Shown here: in pieces, positions 1 through 12,514 of the stretch
How the letters are laid out: each line of letters begins with the position of its first letter
Numbering within the stretch: the first letter of the stretch is position 1
Origin: Amoebidium appalachense
Taxonomy: Eukaryota > Protista > Ichthyosporea
Direction of reading: 5' to 3'
Length of the DNA: 64,000 nucleotides
NCBI GenBank assembly: GCA_963693365.1
Contig: CAVNZM010000003.1
Span: 14,292,914-14,356,913 of the forward strand
Notes under the pieces: model-generated
Databases searched by the model: none
What the model saw: the letters and a program-made list of their open reading frames with translations, nothing else
Told to the model about the DNA's origin: nothing
Translations under genes and position numbers: made by a program

Positions 1-1172
1 AACAAATTGTCCCACAATCAAACAACCGTTACCAGCAACCAGCACTTGCTTTTCGCGCCATTTTCCCTATTTATGCAATCACGTTTGGTACACTCTGTGG
101 CCATAGCTCATACGCCATGACGCGCAACAATTTTCAACCAAACCAGAGATACAGCCGCCTTACTCACCGATTCCTCCTCTATGGTGGGGGCTTTGGTCTT
201 GAGGCTGGCGATATATAAAACGTTACATGCTAGAGCTCAAACTGCAAAGAAAAGACAAAAAAGACGAAGAAAAATGAAGCAGTGCCACTCGGGTACTTTT
301 ATGATAGTCACGGTAGTTTCGTGATGAATGACGGCGGCGGTTAATCTGGTGCTCAGTAGTACCATTGCTGTCACGGGAGCTTCGTGATAACGATTTAAAG
401 GTGGAGGTTGCAAGTTTGGACGAGTCGCACCCGGTAAACAAGAAAACTTGGCAGCCGTGGCCGCGGGTGGTTACCGTAGGGAATGTGCATGCACGTTCGT
501 CTGCGCCGGCGTGAGCTGCCGGCACGTGTGTACATAGAGAGAGTGAGTGTTTACGTTTGTGTGTGCGTGTGTGTGTGTGTGTGTGTGCGTGTGCGCGCGC
601 GCGCGCGCACCTGTGCTGCGTGTGTGTGTGTGTGTCTGTGTGTCCGTGTGTCTGCTTGTCTGTGTACGTGTGTGTGTGGGTGCGTGTGTAAAATATACCA
701 CACGACACTAGACCCGATGAAAGCAGACACCTTGAGAAACTAAGCCTTATGTCTCGTTTTATATATATTGACCGCCTAAATCATATTGCCAAATGTGGCA
801 CTCGAAAATGTGTAACACCTAAATACATATTACCTTCCTGTAGAATTGGTCTTTCTCTAGCTGACGGTATTATTGACCACACTTACCACGCTTTTACTGT
901 ACACGTGCCATACAGTGGAGATCTAATAAGTATAAGGTGGCATCGTTTGCATGCCCAAACAACACACACACACACCAGTTTAAACGGTCTTGTATTGCCA
1001 AATGTAGTTTGATAGACCACATTATACCACAGCACACACACGACACATTCACAGCAGACACCCAGAAAGATAGCTTACCTGAAAATTACAACATCCTTGA
1101 TTCTATACTAAACACACATAACTATGACCTGTTTATTAGATGTATTGATTGGCTTGAGAAACTCATAATTTT

Positions 1173-1243
<71 letters not shown>

Positions 1244-1867
1244 CTGATACCGAGTGTCCTAGGGGAGCCCGTTAAAAAAAAAACAAAAAAAAACGGGGAA
1301 CCCAACTAATTGATTTTCTTAGTCTTTATGGTGCTTCGTAGAGTAAGAAAACTCTGATATATATCAGCACCCGACATCTATGTACTTGATCATGATATAC
1401 CGCTGAGGGGATAATCCGAGCAAAACCCCCCCATACATGACATGAGACTGGTCTTTCTTTGCCTCGAGTAAACAGCGTAAACCCCCCCCGAGTGTGTGTG
1501 TATTCTCTTCTGTGTATGTGTGTGTGCTTGCACGTGCGCTGTGTTTGTTTCTATGCGCGACGGTTTCGGCGGGTGGCACTGCCGATGTACTTGCACCTTC
1601 TAGTTTCTGCCAAACACATGCATCGCAGCCAAATTTGGTTGCATCACTGATGTCTGCGTTACTATAGTGTGCACGATTTTTGTTGTGTTGCCGAGTATGC
1701 TGAGCCTCATGCGTGTCCGTGTGTGTCTCGGTGAGGAGAAAGAGAGGAGAAGGAGGGAGAGATGTGGAGGGGGGGGAGGGGGGGGGGGGGGGGCAGGGGA
1801 AGAGAGAGAAAGGCGGGGGGGGGGGGGGGGGGGGAGGGGGGAGAGGGAGGGAGGGGGGGGGGGTGAG

Positions 1868-1923
<56 letters not shown>

Positions 1924-2060
1924 AGGGAGAGAGCGAGAGAGACAGAGAGACATCTGGAGAGGAGTAGGGGGAGGGAGAGAGAAAGAGCCGAAGAGAGCGA
2001 GAGAGAGAGGGAGGGAGGGAGAGAGAGAGAGAGTGTGTGTGTCTGTGAGAACGAGAAAGG

Positions 2061-2123
<63 letters not shown>

Positions 2124-2531
2124 GAAAGGGAGGGGGGAAGGGAGGGAGAGGGAAATAGAGAGTGTGTATGTGTGACACAACAAATAAACGGACACACACA
2201 GACACAGACACAGACACAGACAGACACAGAAACACTGAGTCTGGGGCCGGGCGCTAGGCTGTCACTGAGATCCCACCGGTATGTAGCCCTGCAGAGGTTG
2301 GTATGCACGTCGTGGTTACAGAGTGCTTTATGATTGGGTGTAAATTCAGCGAATGAAGCGTTTTTTATATGATGATTGGCCAACCAGAAAGATGGCCAGA
2401 ATCTATAAACAGAACACGTGCACTGGTGTGTGCAGTGCCGGTGTGTCGCGTGGTGCAAACGTGCGGTCTAGCTAGCTTACTTTCTCTTCCCACTGTTTCT
2501 TGCTTGCAACATATACAAACGGCAAGTGAGA

Positions 2532-4410
2532 ATGACCGGAGCAATCAAGCGGCCCGCAGAAATGGCGGAGGACCGCCGCTGCGCCTCTTGTCTTGAGTGC
2601 GCGTGTGCTAAGAAGCCCGCCCTCGAACATGAAACAACGGTTTCTGCGCAGGCTTACCATGAAGATAAATCGGTGCCACATGACCACCCCCGCAACCTTA
2701 TTCCTGAACTCTGCCGTCTCTTTTACGATCATGGGTGGGTTACTGGTACCGGAGGTGGGATTACCATCAGGGTAGGGAACGAGATTTACATCGCTCCATC
2801 GGGAGTGCAAAAGGAGAGAATTGAGCCTGTTGAGTTGTTTGTGTGCGATGAAAAGGGGAACGACATCTCCCTCCCTCCAGCACACAAGAATCTCAAGAAG
2901 AGTCAATGCACGCCGCTTTTTTTCAACGCGTATACTATGCGTAACGCCGGCGCGGTTATACACACACATTCGCAACATGCTGTCATGGCCACGCTGCTGT
3001 ACGAGAAGGAGTTCAGGATTACACACCAGGAGATGATTAAGGGCATACGCATAGACGGCACAAAAACAAACCTGAGGTATGAGCTACCACCCCCTCTTCC
3101 TCCCTCTCACCTCTCCCCCCATTCGTCTCCCTCCCCCCACCCCCTCTCCCCTCCCCCTCCCCTGCCTCCCAACCTCCTCCCCGAAGTTGGTCTGCATAAA
3201 CTTTGTGTGGGCTTTGCGGAATATCCTTTGTGTTGTCCGTCGTAGATGTTTACTGGCTCTCTGCAACCCATCTAAGCCCCATTCTCCCCCCCCCCCCCCC
3301 CCCCCCCCCCCCCCACCTTTTCCCCCTCTGATCGTGCACGAGGATATGCACTTTTCTTCTTGCTTCCCGTTGTCCTGCTTGCCTCTCGCCAAGTCTCCCG
3401 GCATTCGTTGTGTTGTCTTTCGCATGGTTGCTCGCTTAATCTGTCTGTTCTCTCTCATGTTTGTCATTCCTTGTGAATCCCCCCTCCCCCCCTCCCCCCC
3501 CCCCCCCCCCTCCCCCTCCTCCGCCCTCTCTCCCCTCCCCTCCCCCCTCCCCCTCCTCCCCCCATGGCCCGTCCTTTACTGGTTCAACTGCATCTTCATT
3601 GGGCTCCTTTTGGCTTTCCTTGTGTCTTCCTTTCGTCCTACTGCATACAGATCTCCCCACCCCCCACCCCCACAACAACCGTGCTACCATCTCCCAGAAT
3701 TGCATAGTCTTATCAGTTGTGAAGTTTTGTTTGTCAAGCCACTCCTTTGCGTCCTTTCCCTCCCTCACCCCCTCCCCTCCCCTCCGCTTCCCCTTTTCCT
3801 CCCTCCCTTTTGCAAGAGTACAGTTGTGCGTGTTGCCTTTCACACTGCTCTCTTATTTACAAACAGCAACCATCACACACACACACACACACAGACACGC
3901 TCCCAAGTTCATATGCAGATATGCATACGCACATTCGCAGACACACATCCCCGCCCTCCCCCCCCCACACTCTACCCTTCCCCCCTCTGCCCCGCCCACA
4001 CCACAACCCCCCCCACACACACACTCTCCCCCCCTCCCTCCACCCCGCATGCATACCCTTTGTGTGCTTTGCAAAATATGCATCGTGTTGTCCTTCAACA
4101 ACGTGAGTGTGTACTTTGTGCTTTGTAACACATCTAACCCCCCTGCTACCCCCCTCCCCCCCCCCCCATATGCACACACAAACATACACACAGTCACTCA
4201 CATTGCCCAAACACACTTGCCCACACAGACACACACACACGAACACACATGCACACATGCATATCCTCCCCCTCAAACACACACACACGGGACCTCCCCC
4301 CTCCCCTCCCCCCTCCCCTCCCCCCACCCCCACACACACACAAACACACACGGGACCTCCCCCCCCCCCCCCCCCCCCCTCCAACACACACCCAACCCTC
4401 TTCCACCCCT

Positions 4411-4461
<51 letters not shown>

Positions 4462-4767
4462 GCCACTACACACAACCACACACACACACACACATGTACA
4501 TACAGATATCACGACGAACTTGTTGTCCCAATCATCGAAAACACTCCGGAAGAAGCCGACCTCCAATCGTTTATGGCAGAAGCAATGGAAAAATACCCCC
4601 AGACATGTGCTGTGTTGGTGCGCCGGCACGGTGTGTACGTGTGGGGGGAGACATGGGAGAAGGCAAAATGTATGACAGAGTGCTACGACTATCTGTTTGA
4701 AATTGCCGTGAAAATGCGACAGATGGGAATGGACCCCGCCAAAAAACCGGAAAATTCACCTTATTGA
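2532..4767 (+). CDS. APIP: Methylthioribulose-1-phosphate dehydratase (methionine salvage; MtnB/APIP/Mde1), join(2532..3076,4506..4767)
   Basis: Motifs [87 protein letters not shown] intron at 3077-4505 joins NLR|YHDEL in frame. Confidence 0.96.
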
Positions 4768-5488
4768 GGTTAGGGTTTTTGGAGTGCTTTAATTGTTTCC
4801 ATTGAGATTGGGGTAGAATGGGGGAGATGGGCGTGTACCCCGTAAAAAAACCCCCGGAAAATTCACCTTGTTGAAGTGGGGGTTTTTTTGAAATGCCACG
4901 ATTTTCTGCTTCAGATTGCAATGAAGGTGTGGCAGATGAGGATAGACCGTCTTTTTTGTTGGGGTTTCCAGAGTATCTATCTACTTAGTATGACATTTTC
5001 CTTTGCTTCCCATTGCAGGGATTTTTGTAGTGCGCTGTAGTGATAATATTCATTGGTTATTTCTCAGGGGGGTTTGTGCAATCTCTCTCCCCTCTTTTCC
5101 TTTTTTTTTCTTTTTCTTATTCCTTTTTTTTTTTGCCCCCTCCCATTTTTGCCACGGCTCGCAAGTTTGGTTAGTAGCAGTATACGGCTACTGGGTCCGT
5201 GATTGGTAGGCTCTATAGCCATTGTATAGCTTTGGGTCCGGCTGGAAGGGCTGAAAAACATAAATCAGGGTTGTGAATGAATAAAACCACATCAAACCAA
5301 CCCGCAGCTCATCTTGGAGGAGACAGCTGGCAGCCGGTGCCAATTGTTTCTCGTGCTACGTATCGTGGCAGTGATAAAGTATGTTGGTGTATTTGTGTAG
5401 ATTATGTGGAGCTATAGACCAGCCTCAAGTATTTAATGTGTATCTCCCCCCCCCCCCCCCCCCTAAACCCACCCACCCACTCCACCCC

Positions 5489-5529
<41 letters not shown>

Positions 5530-6210
5530 ACAGCACATCATCATACTCGCATGTGTACGTGATGCGCTCTAGATCTAATGTTAGATCTAGATCTGTGCAC
5601 GGACTGCAAGCCCATGGCCAATAATCTGTGCATGGCCGACGTGTTTGTGTTTGTGTTTGTGTGTGTGTGTGTGTGTGTACACGTGTGTACATGTGTGCAT
5701 GGGGTGAGAAAGAGGGGGAGAGGAGGGTGGGGAGGGGTTCTTCCAAATGACGTTCAACGTTTTATTTTTTTGTTTGTTATTTTGGCGCGTGGCCCGCAGT
5801 ACAGCTCAATCGCAACTAATTAGCGCTAGTCTTGCTATAATGTAAATGATGTTGAATTTTCTGATTTTAACTATTAATAGAACCACATGAACATTTCCAT
5901 ATTCCCCTTTCCATATTAGGCAATGCTTGGAAAACACCGATTCCTCCTTTCGGCTTCTACTGTAGGTGTCACTAACGATCACTTGCAGCCAATTTGGATA
6001 TAAAAGCTAAATGTGATACCCTGTGCGTGTGGTGGTGGTGGTGGTCGTAGTGGGGTGTGTGTCGTGTCTGTGCTTAGTGTGTGCCTGTGAACGTGGGTCG
6101 AGGTGGTGGGTAGGGTGGAGAGAGACAGAGCGACACACACAGAGAGATATATAGAAAGAGGTGGTGTGTCTGTGTCTTATGCAGGCAGGCGAGGAGTCGG
6201 GGAGCCCCCG

Positions 6211-6257
<47 letters not shown>

Positions 6258-6488
6258 GTAAATGTCATCGTGTCATACAGTCATACAATTTCACGTGTAC
6301 ACGTGAAAAGCGTGCAACTTCACAGGTGTTTACGTGCATGAGATCTGTGCACGTGCTTAACTCACACACCCTCCAATCAAAACATTCTGCGGTAGCTACG
6401 ACAGGAATTCCAGAAACATTTCCTGGCCTCTTAAAGACACACCATTGAGCCACTTTAAAGATTCCTTTTCAAATCTGAACATGATTTT

Positions 6489-6705
6489 TCATTGGCTGTC
6501 AGGCGGATTTGCCCATTTTAGGACATATAGATAGTAGGGCCGGCCGTCGGATCTTCCGAGGTTTTTCACGTCGGCATACATGGGGTCGTCCGTGGGTATC
6601 TGGTTTCCAAATGTGGTCAGAGGGATTCCAAATAAGGTTAGAGGGATGCCAAATATGGACAGAGTGTGTTGCTGGTGCAAAGCACACTGCCAAGTAGACT
6701 AACAG

Positions 6706-6804
<99 letters not shown>

Positions 6805-7549
6805 CGTGCGCGTGCCCGCAATCGGTGTGGGCATGCAGGAGCTCACGTCGGGCGCAGTTATAACTCTCGTGGCAGAGGAAGGAGGCAAACTCGGGGCAAA
6901 GTTGGAAAGAAGAGGGGGGGGAGGGGGGGAGGGGGGGGGGCGGGGGAACAGGGTGTGTGTGTGTGTGGTGGGGTGGTGGTGGCGGTGGTGGTCGTGGTGG
7001 TGGTCGTGGTGGGGGGGAGCTGAAACAGATCCTGTCTACACTTTGCTGATCTTCTGTGCATAGACAAAAAAAAGACCTAAATGATCCCAAGGACGACATC
7101 ACTGTTCCCCAGTTCTTGTGTGTGTGTGTGCATGTTTGCCTGTGTGCATGTGTGGATGTCTGGGTGTGTGTGTGTATATGTCTGTGTGCGTGTTTGCGAG
7201 TGTGTCGGTGGCGATGGTGTTGGGTGGGTTGGGGGAGGAAAGAACGAAGGGGGAAAGAGAGAGAGAGGAGAGAAAGGGGAGTGTCACGTTCGGACATGCA
7301 TACACGCATGCGGACACAAACACTCACACGCACACACGCACGCGCGCACGTAAGCGCACACGCATGCACACATTTACGCATGTACGCACGCACACACGCA
7401 GGCACGCACGAGCGCGCGCGCGCACACACACACACACACAGACGCACACACCTCGGTTACATCAAAGCCCCTCGTTTTTGCCTCGGACATAAGTGAACAA
7501 GTGGTGGCAGCGGCACGGTCACAGTAGCCCAGATAGAAGCATGCATCAG

Positions 7550-7637
<88 letters not shown>

Positions 7638-7728
7638 TAGTGAATGTGGGGGTGGGTGAGCAGGTGAGCAGGTGGGTGGGTAAGTGGATGTGCGTGTATG
7701 TGTATGTGTGTGTGTATGCGTGTGTGTC

Positions 7729-7759
<31 letters not shown>

Positions 7760-7788
7760 GTGTGTCTGTGTGTCTGTGTCTGTGTATG

Positions 7789-7858
<70 letters not shown>

Positions 7859-7880
7859 ATGTGTGTTTGTGTGTGTGAAT

Positions 7881-7925
<45 letters not shown>

Positions 7926-8133
7926 GGGGAAGAAGAGTGCATGTGTGTGCATGTGTCAATGCGGATGTGTGTCGTATGTGTGTGTGTGTATGTGTGCGTG
8001 TGTCTGTGTGTGTGTGCCTACGCGCACGTGCTTGTGTGAATGCCTAATTTGGTGCATGGTTTTCGGTTTGAGGGGAAGGAACACATGTTAGGCTTAAGGA
8101 CGACAGTTAGACGTGTTGGGTGCGTCAATGAAA

Positions 8134-8164
<31 letters not shown>

Positions 8165-8389
8165 GGGGAGGGCACACAGTGTTTCCATTTGTCGTTACTG
8201 TGATTGCAAAGTCATCGTGTCCCTACCGTCCACCCAAAAGCGCCTCCGCACCCCTTTCCCCCCTCCCCCCCCCCCCCCCCCCCCTCCCTTGGTTTGTATG
8301 CCCACAATCACCATCACCTTCGAAAAGCAGGCAATAAAACGGGGGGGGGGGGGGGGGGGGGGAGGGGGGTTGGGTGGTGGGGGGGTGTA

Positions 8390-8461
<72 letters not shown>

Positions 8462-9398
8462 GATTGGCGTCGTGGGTGGGTGTTTTTGTGTGTGTGTGTG
8501 TGTGTGTGTTTGGGGGGGGGGGGGGGGGGGGTTTGAATGCGGAAAACGGTATGAAGTACGCATACACGAAGGACACATGCAAAGGCAAACATTCAAGTAT
8601 GCAACATCAGCCATGCACACAGTATGCGTCATAAGCAGAGCCCATCCTCAGGGAGGGCCCAAGTCATCAATTGCGTCTGAGTTTCGACCCCTTAGCCCGC
8701 GTATATACGACTCTCCAACTCAGACAGCAGCATCAACTGAACTTGGGATGGTCAACCCGTCTTGATCAAAGACGAGCAGGGTTGCTTATGCAAGCAAGGT
8801 GAGCAAAACGGTGGATATGTGTGTGCAAACTAATGCAGTGCAGCGGAAAATGCGTATGTGCTTACAGATGCACGACACAGAGCAACCATGCCCGGTTGCA
8901 TGGAAGTAAAGGGGGGGGGGGGGGGGGGGTTTGAATGCGTCAAAAAGTACGAAGTACACAAGAACAAACGGATAACACGATGCAGAATGCAAGCCATACA
9001 TAAAGAGTATGCATAATAAGCAGAGCCCATCCTCAGGGGGGCCCACGTCATCCAGAGTACCCGAGGGGGGGGGATTTGAGTGGTAAGGCGCTGGGAAGGT
9101 TAAGAAGGAGTGGGAGCAAAATGGGTGGGAGGGGGAAGGGGGAGGGGTAGAAATCTGGGCAGAGGGGGTATAGGGCAGAGGGGAGAGGGGGGAGGAGGGG
9201 GGAGGGATAGTTACGGTGGGCTCTAGCAGTGCCTGTGCCGTGTCCAAAAGAGGTACGATGGCAGCAGGCCAGTAGATGACGTCAGCACCCAGAAGCACCT
9301 CGAACCTTCCATATTTGGACACAAAAATGTCGACATCCTCCCCCCACGTGAGGTTTTGCACCTGCATGGGGGACGCTGTGTGCATGAGTGCATGAGTG

Positions 9399-9468
<70 letters not shown>

Positions 9469-9483
9469 TGAGTGTGTGTGTGT

Positions 9484-9528
<45 letters not shown>

Positions 9529-9783
9529 TGAGTGTGTGTGTGTGAGTGTGTGAGTGAGTGAGTGTGTGTGTGAGTGAGTGTGTGTGTGTGTGTCTGTGTG
9601 TGTGTGTGTGTGAGTGTGTGTGTGTGTGTGTGAGTGTGTGAGTGAGTGAGTGTGTGTGAGTGTGTGAGTGAGTGAGTCTGTGTGTCAGTGTGTGAGTGTG
9701 TGAGTGTGTGAGTGTGTGAGTGTGTGTGTGTGTGTGTGAGTGTGTGTGTGTGTGTGTGAGTGTGTATGAGTGAGTGAGTGTGT

Positions 9784-9820
<37 letters not shown>

Positions 9821-9919
9821 TGTGTGTGTGTGTGTGAGTGTGTGAGTGAGTGTGTGTGTGTGTGTGTGTGTGTGAGTGTGAGTGTGAGAGAGAGTGTGTG
9901 TGTCTGTGTACGTGAGTGT

Positions 9920-9952
<33 letters not shown>

Positions 9953-11477
9953 GGGGGGGGAGTATGCATTAGAGGTTTGGGATTAAGGAGGTGGAGACAA
10001 TAAGAGAAAAAACACAACACGCCACACACACACACGCACACACACAGAAAAATAGGAATTAAACCTTAGGAAAGGGGGAAAAAACAAACAAACAAACAAA
10101 CAAAACAAACATACAGGCATAAGGCACATGAAATGGATTGTGGTGATGGTGGGTGGGATGGCTTTGTGAGACTGGTGTTGAGGAGAGAGGGGGGGGGGGG
10201 GAGGAGGGGGGGGGGGGGGGGGGTTATTAATCTGTATCTAGTGTGATACGATCGAACCTTTTGTCATTTTGTTTATAGTGGGTTTATATTCGCATAATTT
10301 GCGGGTATCGGAGCATTGGATCGATTAGTACGGTGCATATGGGGGCATAGGCACTAGAGATGACCACTTTATTATTTTTATTAGGCAATTATTAGATGTT
10401 AGTAGGTAGATTGAACGGATAACAAAGATAACGGATGATAACGCTGTTTTACTCCTTTGTGCACGGTATAAACACGTAAAATATCAGACAGTGTGAGTGT
10501 GGTGGTGACGGTGGTTGTGTATGTGTGGGTTTGAGTTTGCGTAATTGCGTGCATGTGTATGCGTGTGTGTGTCTTTCTGCCCTTCATTCCTTCTCTTTCT
10601 TTCATCACCCTTCCTTGCGTGTATGTGCTTTGTGGTGGTGGTAGTGTTTGGGGGAGGGGAAGGGGGGGGGGGGGGGGGGGGGGGGAGAGTGAGTTAATAA
10701 ATGCAACGGCTTTTCTTTTTCTTTTTGGGGGGGGGGGGGGGGGGGGGGAGGGGGGGAGGGGGGGAGTGAGAAGGGGGAGGGGAGGGGGGAGGGGGGGGGG
10801 GGGGGGGGTTTGATTTTTACCCGGTGGGGAAGGAAACTGCTGTGTGTTTGTCTTTAAGAGGTCAAGCACGGTGTCTTTGTAGTCGGTCAGCACCACCTCA
10901 CGTGCACCACACAGTGTGCTGGCAAGAAGACCACACACCCCTGTGATTGGTGCATAGTTAAAGATAGATAATTTTTAAAGGTTGGCTTGTTGTTAAAGAT
11001 TGTTTTATTGTTAAAGATTGTTTTATTGTTTAAGATTGTTTGGTTTATTGTTAGAGATTGGTTTATTTTTAAGCATTGATTTATTGTTAAAGATTGCTTG
11101 TTTTATTGTTAGAGATCCGTTTACTGTTAGCAAGAAAAGACGTTCGAATTTCACAAGTTTGAATCGGGCCGAACCCGGCAACAAATGATTTGAAGAAACC
11201 GGAAAACATTGAACTCGGGTTGAGTGGTGTTAAGTGGGGAAGGGGGGGAGGGGGGGGGAAGCGGGGGGTGTCTAGAGGGGATTGTTGCATTATAAAGAGG
11301 AGCTAAAAACAGCAACACAACCTAAAAATAGCACATATATTACATGTGTGTTAACTCACCTGCACCCGAGCCCAGTTCCAGCACCTTCTTTCCGGCCACC
11401 ACGTGTTTATTGCTTACCATATATAGACCTAAGAGCTGCACCCACCTTAAATGTCAGTGATGGGCCCAAAAAAAAAA

Positions 11478-11510
<33 letters not shown>

Positions 11511-12193
11511 GGTGTCGTGCGGGGGGGGGGGGGGGGGGGGGGGTTTGAATGCGTCAAAAAGTACGAAGTACACAAGAACAAACGGATAACACGATGCAGA
11601 ATGCAAGCCATACATAAAGAGTATGCATAATAAGCAGAGCCCATCCTCAGGGGGGACCCACGTCATCCACAGTACCCGAGTTTCGACCTATTCCCCTCGT
11701 TAACGAAACCCAACTCAGATACTGTTTCACTTGAACATGAGTAGGTCACCCGTCTTGATCAGAGACGAGCAGGGTTGCTTATGCAGGCAAGGGCAGTGGG
11801 AAAGGCCGGGGGTTAAAGTTGCAGCAGTAAGCAGAAGCAAGAAAAATATAGATAGGAACTCAGGAGACGGGGCTTCTAGGAAGCTCCCCCGTCGATACCT
11901 AAGTCGATACTTCCCTGGCTAACATACTACACCAGCTGAAAAGAATTAAGTCCCGGGGGGGGGGGGGGGGGGGGAGGGGGATGGAGGCGCCCGGGAAAGG
12001 GTGGGTGGGTGGGTGGGTGGGTGTGTGTGTGGGGAGGGGGGGGGGGGGGGGGGGGAGGGGGGGACGTGAAACACAAAAATGAATTTGCAGAGTCTGTTTG
12101 TTTCATAGCATCTTCCCCTCGGCGCATTATCTGGGTGTGTGGATAGGTTTTCTTTCTTTCTTTCTTTCTTTCTTTTTCTTTTCTTTTTTTTTT

Positions 12194-12235
<42 letters not shown>

Positions 12236-12446
12236 GGGGAGCAGAGGGGGGAGGGGGGAGGGGATGTTGTGTAATGTGACAACCAAATAAACGACATGCC
12301 TTGGGAAAAACCTCAAACCACATAACATCCCTAATGCCCTTTTCGTACAATAATGAAAGAAATGAAAACGAGCACCCCCTCTAGAGGGGGGGAGGGGGGA
12401 GAGGGGGGAGGGGGGGGGAAAGGGGAAGAAGGTGGGATGCATGGAG

Positions 12447-12514
<68 letters not shown>

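Noticed and set aside
8630-11782. Hammerhead, HDV-like, SAM-I or U3 identity for the structured RNA
   Set aside because: The CUGANGA/GAAA spacing is wrong for a hammerhead, the HDV-like loop lies on the strand disfavoured by the G-U pairs, and SAM-I core and U3 box A sequences are absent.
11895-11936. Candidate extra methyltransferase exon after ttttcag
   Set aside because: It contains an in-frame TAG, and the gene splices correctly without it.
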